NCBI GenBank assembly: GCA_033442325.1
Contig: JAWQFM010000028.1
Location: forward strand, 590,149-654,148
Length of the DNA stretch: 64,000 bases
Direction: 5' to 3'
Source: Salpingoeca rosetta
Taxonomy: Eukaryota; Protista; Choanoflagellata
Shown: positions 12,907 through 46,824 of the stretch, one piece after another
Layout: the number at the start of each line of letters is the position of its first letter
How positions within the stretch are numbered: the stretch's first letter is position 1
The notes under the pieces: model-generated
Told to the model about the DNA's origin: nothing
Seen by the model: only the letters and a program-made list of their open reading frames with translations
Database searches by the model: none
Made by a program: the position numbers and the translations under genes

Positions 12907-14553
12907 AGTGGTGGTGGCGGTGCCTTCAGCATCATCATCGTCGTTGCCTTCCCCATCGTCCTCGTCGCCATCGTCGTCGTCGTCTTGCTCGATGGTGTTG
13001 GGGTCGAGGGTGATGGTGGGCAGGTGAATCACCTCCGTATCCGTCGTCGACAGCAGCGGTGCGCTCACCTCAAGCGTCAGCGTCACACGGCCCTTGCGTG
13101 CGCGCGCAGACCGGATCACCACCCGCGTGTCCTCCTCCACAGCGTCGGACACGTCGTAGCCGCCACGCACCACAGGCTTGCCCGCAAGCAGGTTCACGTG
13201 CTCGTACACCACGGGCTCGCCGCGCTTCTTGAAGATCATGTCCTTGAGCTCGTTCAGGTTTTGGATGCCCATGAGAAGGGCGCCAAAGACAGCGGCAATG
13301 ATGCCTGCAATCTTGAGCGAGGGAGACGACTCGCCAAGGATGATCATGCCAAAGAAGACGGGCCACAGGACGGAGAGGGTGCTGAGAGGCGCAACGATGG
13401 CTGCCTCCTCAGGCATGGTCTTGCACAGGTGCATGAACGCGAGTGTGCCGAGCCCGTGGAGCGCGCCGCCAACGACGACAATGGCGTGACCGGCAGTGAG
13501 GTTCCAATCGATGGAGCGGTGAACGGCGACAACGAAGATGACGCCTGTGAGTGCGAACCCGAGGACATTGGCTCCATAGCTGGCCGCAAACGCGCCGCCC
13601 TGCTCATAGGAGAACACCTGCCACAGGATGGTGCAGATGCCCCAGCCGAAGAAGCAGAGGAAGAAGAGGCCAACGGTGCGCCCATCACTGAAGTCAACAC
13701 CGTTGTTGCCGCCGCTGAAGGCAAACATGATGCCTGCGCCAACAGACAGCAGCACACCAAACCAGCGCCGGCCAGACAGCTTGTCGCCAACAATGGCCAC
13801 GCCATACAGCACCGGCAGCACGACCCAAAGGGAGGTGAGTGGTGCGAGCAGCGAGGCCTCGCCGCCGTCTGTGGTCATGAGCACGTAGCCGTTCATGGCG
13901 GCGCAGTTGAAGATGCCTGCAAGCAACCCAACGAAGCACACCTTGGAAGGCTTGACAGTCACAAGCTGCCGGCTCAGGTAGAGCACATACGGCAGCTGGC
14001 TGACAAAGTTTCCGAGGCAGAGGAAGGCGATGAAGGTGCCGGGGTCAAGCGCGTCATCGTCGCCCATGACGACAACTTGCACGCGGAAGAGGAAGAAGCT
14101 GGAGCCGGTCAGGAGGGTGGTGATGAACAGCGCAAGCCACATGAACCTGCGGTCCGTGGCAGGCGGCTGCGCCGTGATGGTGACGTCTGCAAAGGACATC
14201 ACCTCATCCCGAGACGTGGAGCCAGCGGCGGTGTCCACAGCTTGCTGCTGCTGCTGCTGCTGTTTGGTGTTGCTGGCCGGGATGTACTTGGGCTTGTCTT
14301 GCCAGAACGGTGGAGGTGGAGGGCTGGAGGTGGAGGGTGGTGCGGGCTGAAGTGGGGACGGTGTGCTGTGGCTGATGAAGGCGTGCGGTGCCGTTGCTAG
14401 CGATGGGGTGGCAGCTGCGAGCGTGGTGGTGGTCGCTGGCGTTTGTGTGGCAGGCGCCGGTGTCGGTGGCGGCGACGGCGACGACGGGGATGGCACTGCC
14501 CAGCGCGTGCGCGCAGAGGACGAGTACATGGAAGTATGGGTACGTGGAGCCAT
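12691..14553 (-). CDS. EamA/DMT-superfamily transporter, paralog 2 (intronless, 620 aa)
   Basis: Same 10-TM pattern (EASLLAPLTSLWVVLPVLYGV...GDKL; IVAPLSTLSVLWPVFFGMIILGES); high identity to paralogs 1 and 3; poly-N tail. Confidence 0.88.
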
Positions 14554-15238
14554 GGCGTCCTTCTGACGTCCTTGACAAAGGGTAGTTGGGGGCAGTGAGG
14601 GGAGCGGTGAGGCGCTGAGGGCTAGGGGCTCACGACAGCGGCTGTGTGTTCAAGGTTGACTGCAGCAGGAGGAAGGCGCTTGGGAGCGGTGCGTGGAGCA
14701 AGGCCTCCTTGTTCGCGGGGGACGCACGTGTAGGCCGTTCAATGAGCTGCTTGGAGTGCGTTGGGAAAATGAACAACCACGCGCTGGTTGTCTGCGTCTC
14801 CTCACAGCGGCATGGCGGCATGGTGGGCAAGCGGGGGGGGGGAGGGGAAGGACGGGGTTCTGTTGTTCTGGAGCATTCCTGGGGGGGTCTCGGGGTGAGC
14901 TCAGAATGATGCATTGCCAAGGGAGGTCGGGGGATTACAACGGACCAATCAGTCCGTCCGGGTACAGGGGTACCCCAGAGCTCCTCTGTGTTGTGTGTTG
15001 GTGACCCATGAAAGGGCGCACGTGTGAGTGTCGGTCAGGTACACAGTACCTGTGACGTGTGGGTGATGTGATGTGACATGAAGTGCACTTGCTTGCTTCT
15101 TGGTAGTTTGGGTGGTTGCTGTGAATGTGACAATGTGTGTGTGTGTGTGTGCGTGTGTGTGTGCTGTGTGTGCTTGTGAGACATGTGTTGCAGGCGTTGC
15201 ACCAATCCAGGGGGGTATTGCAGTCATAGCACATGCTG

Positions 15239-15284
15239 TTGACACTTGACACTTGACACTTTGACACTTGACACTTGACACTTT
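15239..15284. repeat. Heptamer tandem repeat (TGACACT) x~6
   Basis: ttgacacttgacacttgacactttgacacttgacacttgacacttt. Confidence 0.9.
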
Positions 15285-15723
15285 GCTGTGTGTGTGGGGG
15301 AAGGGCTCAAAGGAAGTGTCATGGGTGGCTTGGTGTATCCGGGGGTTCGCATCGTACAATGGAGGCACCCCCCACAACGTGGGCTGGTGCATCGTGCCAC
15401 CGTGCGCCTAAGTGCGCATTCGCTGGCCGGGTGCGGTTCCGGTTTTTTGCCTGCTTTTTGCAACAGCACAAAGCATAGCGAACATCAAGGTGACGAGTGC
15501 CATCGGGCGCTCGATATTCCCGTAAAGTGTCAACATGGAACATTGACGAATGTCTTGAAAAACAATCGATTGGGGTACAAGTGCGTTGCGTTTGGTGTCG
15601 TTCACGTCACATCACTTTGCTTGTTCGCTTCTTCTTGCTGCCAGAGCAGGCTCATGCGTCACCACAACGCAGCGGACAGCAAGCAACACAGCGCTCATGT
15701 TACATGCTGCAGAGGAAAGCCGT

Positions 15724-15774
<51 letters not shown>

Positions 15775-16219
15775 GTGATGGCAAACAGAGTTGATGATGG
15801 AGTTGGTGAGGTTGTTTACTACAGTGTGAAGTTGGTTTGTCATGCAACGTTCCAACATGACAGCGCTACGCTGGCGCGCACGTTTGTGACATCGAGGTAA
15901 GAACAGGAAACGATGTATGGAAAGAGGAAGAAAGTGCAGAAGGTACGGGCATGGTAGGAGGAGCAACAATTGCAACATTCATCTAGAGATTGGAAGAAAG
16001 CCGAAGATCGCAAGGAAGGAAGGAAGGAACACAGCCGGTCAAGAGAAGTACAGACCTAGGTCAAGAGTCAAGAGTCAAGAAAGAGAACACGTGGGACACA
16101 CACACACACACACGTGCCTACGCAAACATACGTGCATACATACATTGACGTTACATGCGTCAACGCATGTGGAAGCCACAATGCATGACTTCACAATCCA
16201 CACTTGTGTAGTTCCTTAC

Positions 16220-16457
16220 TTAGTGCCGACCATCACCACGACCACCATGGTCCACAACAACAACGGTCGTCTCAGTATCACCAGGTGCAACGTGGCCTGG
16301 CGGCAGCAAAGGCAGCGTGGACGAGGACAACATGGACGTGGATTCCAGTCGGCCAGCACCGCCGCCCTGTTGCTGCTGATGGTCAAAGCCAAACTGCTCT
16401 GCAGTTGTTGTTGCTGCTGTAAGGCGTTCGCGCTCGTGAATCGCCAGCGCGTCACCG

Positions 16458-16489
<32 letters not shown>

Positions 16490-18043
16490 GGCGGTGCCTT
16501 CAGCATCATCATCGTCGTTGCCTTCCCCATCGTCGTCGTCGTCTTGCTCGATGGTGTTGGGGTCGAGGGTGATGGTGGGCAGGTGAATCACCTCCGTATC
16601 CGTCGTCGACAGCAGCGGTGCGCTCACCTCAAGCGTCAGCGTCACACGGCCCTTGCGTGCGCGCGCAGACCGGATCACTACCCGCGTGTCCTCCTCCACA
16701 GCGTCAGACACGTCGTAGCCGCCACGCACCACAGGCTTGCCCGCAAGCAGGTTCACGTGCTCGTACACCACGGGCTCGCCGCGCTTCTTGAAGATCATGT
16801 CCTTGAGCTCGTTCAGGTCTTGGATGCCCATGAGAAGGGCGCCAAAGACAGCGGCAATGATGCCTGCAATCTTGAGAGGGGGAGACGACTCGCCAAGGAT
16901 GATCATGCCAAAGAAGACGGGCCACAAAACCGTCAGGGTGCTGAGAGGCGCAACAACAGCTGCCTCCTCAGGCATGGTCTTGCACAGGTGCAGGAAGCCC
17001 ACGGTACCCAAGCCGTGCAGGCAGCCGCCAACAGCAACAATGGCGTGACCGGCAGTGAGGTGCCAGTCGATGGAGCGGTGAACGGCGGCAACGAAGATGA
17101 CGCCCGTGAGCGCAAAGCCAAACACGTTCGCCGCGTACCCGGCAGCGAAAGAGCCGTCCTTGGCAGCAGACACGAGCTGGAAGAGGATGGTGCAGATGCC
17201 CCAGCCGAAGAAGCAGAGGAAGTAAAGACCGACGGTGCGTGTGTCACTGAAGTCGACACCTTCGCCGCCGCCGCTAAACGCGAACATGACACCCGCGCCG
17301 ATGGATAGCAGCACGCCAAACCAGCGCCGGCCAGACAGCCGGTCGCCAATGACAACAACGCCATACAGCACCGGCAGCACGACCCAAAGGGAGGTGAGTG
17401 GTGCGAGCAGCGAGGCCTCGCCGCCGTCTGTGGTCATCATCACGTAGCCATTCATGCCCGCGCAGTTGAAGATGCCGGCAAAGGCGCCGAGGAAGACAAA
17501 CTTGGTGGGCCGGGCGCTCGTGACCTGCCGCGCGAGATGCAGCACATATGGGAGCTGGCCCACGAAGCTTCCGAGGCAGAGGAAGGCGATGAAGGTGCCG
17601 GGGTCGAGCGCGTCATCGTCGCCCATGACGACAACTTGCACGCGGAAGAGGAAGATGCCTGCGCCCGTGAACAGCGTCATGAGAAACAGCGCCAGCCACA
17701 TGTAGCGGCTGTTGCCGTTGGTGGCGGGCTCCGCCGTGATGGTCACGTCCGTGAGCGGCAGTGCACTCGCCGGCAGCCCACTGTCCGATGGTGCCGGTGC
17801 AAGTGAGGAAGAGGACGAGGACGAGGAGGACCCAAAGCGTGCGGGCGACCCGGTAAACTTGGGCTTGTCGGAGAGGATCATGTTGCTGGGAACGATACTG
17901 GGGTCGACCCACGCAGAGAGTGGCGTTGTGCTTGTGCTGGTGCTTGGCAGCGCGCTCGAAGCGGGCGTCGTTGGCCGCGGTGCTGGCGTGTTTTGGTGGG
18001 TGCTGGCTGGCAGCGCAGCAGCATCCTGGGTGCGTGGCGCCAT
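16220..18043 (-). CDS. EamA/DMT-superfamily transporter, paralog 3 (intronless, 607 aa)
   Basis: Same TM core and C-terminal VVYEHVNLLAGKPVVRGGYDVSDAVEED domain; starts MAPRT like paralog 2. Confidence 0.88.
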
Positions 18044-18451
18044 CGCTGCGTGTGCGGATGCGCGCTCTGTTGTCCCCTTATTGGTGTGCGGTGCTGGGCG
18101 CCAGGTTATGGTCCACGAGGGCCTGCTTCAGGTGGCTGAAGCGCGAAGATTGGCGAGGTGAGAAAAATGGCACGCCTCACCGCTGCATCTCGCTTATTCT
18201 CCGCTCGACATGGCGGGTGATGCTGGTGACGGTGGTGGCGGTGCGAGGGGGTACGAGGCACCTCGCCGTGCGTGGAAGCATGTCGTTGTCGCGCATGTCA
18301 CCTCACGTAACAACAGTGCCATTCAGCGGCAGCTGCTGCGCCGGTTGGATTGCAGCAATAACAATTGGTGATGAGATTGTCATGTGCTTGGGTTCTGTGC
18401 GTGCGTGCGCGCGTGTGTTAGGGCGAGGGTGAGAGGAGAGAGGGGGTGTGA

Positions 18452-18499
<48 letters not shown>

Positions 18500-19030
18500 G
18501 GAGAGAGGGATGATGAGGCAAAGGACGCAAACAGGAAACTGTGCGTGCACACGCATTGGCCGATGTACCTGTGTCGTTGCGGGGTCTCTGGAGTGTCGTT
18601 GACACCATCGCGGTTGATAGCCACGTGGTGTTTACGATTTGCTGGCTGCGAAGCGAGGGGCGCCTGATGTGACGTTGGGTGATGTTGCGACATGGGGCAT
18701 GCGCTTGCAGTCATCAACCCAAAACATCGCCGTTGTTGTGCAAATGCACAATGCACACACCCAAGCGCGCCAAGTGCGATCGATGTCCGGGTGCGGAAGG
18801 AATGGCAGCGACATGAACGTGTGCTGGGCGAACAGGAGCAGCAAGGCAGTGCGAGTCGTGGCTGCGGTGCACCAACACACACGCTGGAGTTGTCGTGGTG
18901 CGCAAGTAAGCCGATCACGACATCATGGAGTGATGTGGCGCTGTTAAGGGGCAGCTGAAGTGCCCGATGTCTATTGTAGAGAAAATAGGGGAGATATCGC
19001 TATTTCTCCGACTGGCGCAGCACCGCAAAG

Positions 19031-25353
<6,323 letters not shown>

Positions 25354-25360
25354 AACACAT

Positions 25361-25448
<88 letters not shown>

Positions 25449-25457
25449 AAGTGCACG

Positions 25458-37136
<11,679 letters not shown>

Positions 37137-37508
37137 CGCGCAAGCTCAGAAAACAAAGCGCAGCACACGCCACCACACGCCATCCAAGTGAAGGAAGGGT
37201 GCGCCTTTCGTTGTCGTCGTCGTCGTTGCACTTGTTTGTGCGTTGCAGAAAAATATATGGAACTTTTTCTAATATTCTTGGAGACTGAAATCAGTGGGGC
37301 AGGACTTCGGAGGAGGGACTGTCCGACACACGATGCACAAGACACACACACACACTCTCTAGCTCTCTCTCTCTGTCTCTGTCTCTCTGTCTCTCTCTGT
37401 CTTTATCTCACTCTACAACCCCCCTCCCCTTTATGCATGTGGGGCTGCTGTTCATTTTCATTTCGCCGCAGTTTATTGGGCATTTGAAACCATGCTCGAC
37501 CATCATCG

Positions 37509-43078
<5,570 letters not shown>

Positions 43079-43594
43079 CGTTTGTTGTTCCGCCCTATAC
43101 CATTAAATCGGGGAGCACTATTACAGGGCTGCTGGCGGAGTCTATAGACTTCGCGCAGATTTGGTAATGTGTCGCTGGATACGAATCCGAACAGCTCAAG
43201 CTCCTGGGGGATAGTTAAACTCTAAAGGGACTTGGAAACGCCTCCGGTAGCGCGGCCCCGAGAGCGGCGTGTTCGGCTCCCTATAATGAGCCAGTATGGG
43301 TCACTTATCCCCGTTCACAGCTCAGACAGACGCCAACGCAGCCCGGACTCAAAAGGCAGATACATCGATTGCGGAAGGCGATGCGCTCCCGGAAGGCGCG
43401 ATACACTTCCAGAACCTCGGCCTCGTAGCCCGTGGATCGGCTAGATGAAAGTGTATGGAGGTAGGACATTCGGAATTCCACGTGCCGTACCTATACAGGC
43501 AACGCGCGTGAGCCTCACCAAGTTGCGTCCTGTGAGTGCACGGTAGTAATAATCAGAATGGACATCAGCTCTCTCTCGCTCCCTTACACACACA

Positions 43595-43626
<32 letters not shown>

Positions 43627-43680
43627 AATGCGCTTCACTTAATTCAAGTCCATTAGCATGCTTGGCAACGTGCGAAACCA

Positions 43681-43918
43681 TCACAAGGGCTCGCGACGTT
43701 TGGAAAAGTCGCCAGGAACGCGGCAGAACGGGCAGAACCTGCACAAGTTGGGCCGTGTTGAAAACAAGACGGGGCGTGTGAGTGGGACCAGCATCCAATA
43801 CGCTGCCCCAACGACACATGGGCACAAGCGTATGTACCATTTCCAGCAACACATGCATACATACCTACCTACACACACGCATGCACGCGCGCGCACACAC
43901 ACACACGCACGCACACAT

Positions 43919-43970
<52 letters not shown>

Positions 43971-45676
43971 CAAAACAAAACAAAACGCACCATTTGCCCT
44001 TTGGGCGCTCGGTGAGATCCACGCAGGCAAAGTGGAACCACTCCAGTGGGCACTTCTGCAGACGACGAGACGGAGCAACAAACAACGCGACGTGAGAACG
44101 ACAGCGGACATGAGAACACCAACAGCCCACAACTTCGCACGAGAAAATCAGAAAGGGGTCATGACACACACACACACACACACACACATGCGCGCGTGCA
44201 TGGAAGGAGCAGCACATACGTCGTTTGAGTCGCAAGCAATCATCTCGCCGTATGAGACCTGGGAAGAAAAGGAGATGGGGTGTGAATCGAAACGCCAAGG
44301 GAACACCGCACGGCCTCTGGAGGACATACACACATAAACATGCACACAAACACACATAAACACACACATACACACACATAAACATGCACACACACATGCG
44401 CACGCATCCAACACACACATAAACATGCACACATGCACAGCAGTTGTACTTGGTTGCAGATGCAGTAAGTCGGTTCGTTAGGATCGACAGGAAGGTCCTC
44501 CCTGTGGTGTGCGCAACACATGAGCAAGAAAAGGAAGTGCAGGTTCAACAGAGTGAGTGACAACAGCACTCTTCGCCCTGTCCCACGACACAGTGGACAC
44601 ATGTACACCATTACACAATGCATATGCACGCTAATACACACACACACACACAATCACGGTGCAGAGAACGTACTGTCCAGCAGGTTCCTGCACATGAAAG
44701 ACGGGTGTACCCTCTGACGTTGCAGCAGCAAGACAGTTGACCCAAAGCAGAATGGTGAGGGCTGTCAAGGATGATCGACAACGCAGATCGACAGACAATA
44801 CACAAGCACGAGTGCTGTGATACACGGTACATACGCTCGCGCGCGCACGTGTACATACACATGTACGCTTACGCTGCCTTGCTTCCGCCTCAAAGGCGCT
44901 CAAATCACTGTCGACCTCCTGGATGTGCTTCTCCACCTGCACACACACACACACAATGATACCCGCATATAATCATGTTATGGGCATGTCAACCCGCAGG
45001 AACATCTACACGCGCAAATACACACAAACAAACAAACAAACAAACAAACAAACAAACAAACAAACAAACAAACAAACAAACACACACACAAACAAACAAA
45101 CAAACAAACAAACAAACAAACAAACAAACAAACAAACAAACAAACAAACAAACAAACACTCACACGCACACATACTGAAACGTTCGTTGTGTTCTCACCG
45201 CCTCGTAGGACTGTGCTGCAATGTGTAGTTTCTCGACACTCGTCTGCTTCAAGGCTGCAAACCGATCCTGAAGCACCGCAAACAAATGTGCACATATCCA
45301 TGAGCAACGTTTCTCATCCCTCGACCAATAGAGGAGGCGCATGCGTGCGTTACTGGCCATATGTGGCCACCCCAACACCATCAACATCGCACACACAACA
45401 CACCCATCACACAACACACACACACATACACCCATCACACACACACACACGCACATACACAAAACATACCCTGAAATCCCTGAGCTTGGTTTCTCTCTCC
45501 TGAACAGACAGGGAGGCGATGTTCTCCTTGAAGTGCGCGCAGTCGCGCTCCAGCTCTGCCTTGGCCTGCGCCATCTTCTCGTCAAGCTCTCGGATCATGC
45601 GGAACGACCGCTGCAGCTCTGCCGGCAGAGCCTTCATGCTGTCCAGCAGCTGATCCAGGTACATTGTGGTCATCAT
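43681..45676 (-). CDS. Inhibitor of growth (ING) family PHD-finger protein, ING4/5-like; multi-exon
   Basis: N-terminal ING domain YLDQLLDSMKALPAELQRSFRMIRELD...EKLHIAAQSYEA|VEKHIQEVDSDL; PHD PVDPNEPTYCICNQ|VSYGEMIACDSND|KCPLEWFHFACVDLTERPKGKW|FCPFC. Confidence 0.95.
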
Positions 45677-45884
45677 CTTGTCCTAGCACATGCAAATGGC
45701 CAAGGGCAACAGCGAGCAGTGGTCAAATAGCAGCAGCAACAGCAGTCACGAAGCGACAACAACACTGGTGCGTGTGCGGCCTGCCTTGTGTCACCTAGTA
45801 GGGAGTTGCTTTGTCGACAAGAAAAAACAAGGCAGTCATCCCTTCTCCTCTCAGCACACACAAGAGCAAGCGCACACAAGAGCA

Positions 45885-46008
<124 letters not shown>

Positions 46009-46824
46009 GTGTTGTTCTTGTGAAGCAGGGCGCCAAGCAAAGTCGGGAAGAATAATGAAAATCTTCTAACAATTATCTCACCTACACCCCAACTCTTTCA
46101 AACAGCAGGCAAGCAAGAGTTTGACACGCATCATTCGCGTAGACGATGATACACCACGTTGGGCTGCTTACGCGTCAACGTTCAACGATGCGCCTTGAAA
46201 AGTGACGTGAGCACCTCAGAGCAAGTGGGCGAGTTGTGGGCGCCCCCACATAGATCCAAAAAGCACAAGCGAGCAAGCGAGCAAGCTCTTAAGCTGCCAA
46301 CACCAATCCCCCTGTGATGTCCTCGTGCGGGCAGGTGACCTGCCCGCACGTTTAGATGTTTGTGTCACCATGCAACCAAAGTCCACTCGAGCACCTACGC
46401 TTGCGTCAAGGTCGCAGTTCACACTCGTTCACAAACACGAACACACACACACTCCCAGAAAGAGCAACTCACGTATCTCGCTCAGGCTCGCGACCTGAGT
46501 GTGCGCGAGCGAAGGATGAAGTCATTTTCCCACTCGTCACGACGAACACAACTCTCAGCCTCGCGACTTGAGCTACACCTGCCTCTTCTTTGTAACGATC
46601 GTGAAGCCCCGGGTCGTCGTCCCAATTACCCCTTGCCCCTCTCCTTCCCCTCAACAGCAGGCCCAACATACGAGCAACCCCCACTCTCTTCACCCACAAG
46701 TGGACGCCGCCGCCTCTCGTGTTCCTCCTCCTCCTCCTCCTCCTCCTCCTCCTCCTCCTCCTCCTCCTCCTCCTCCTCCTCCTCCCCCTTCGCAACAGCA
46801 ACAGTGCATGTATGAACATACACC

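Noticed and set aside
12985-14400. Long + strand ORFs antisense to the EamA genes (also 15917-17308 and 10035-10583)
   Set aside because: Typical antisense open frames of GC-rich coding sequence with no recognisable motifs.
18979-19008. Imperfect hairpin gagaaaatag...ctatttctc just upstream of the USP ATG
   Set aside because: Short and bulged, so it could easily arise by chance; no further support.
43200-43330. Possible RNase P/MRP RNA (gggacttggaaac resembles a conserved element)
   Set aside because: The CR-I and CR-V/P4 pairing motifs could not be found on either strand by eye. Kept only as an unexplained block.
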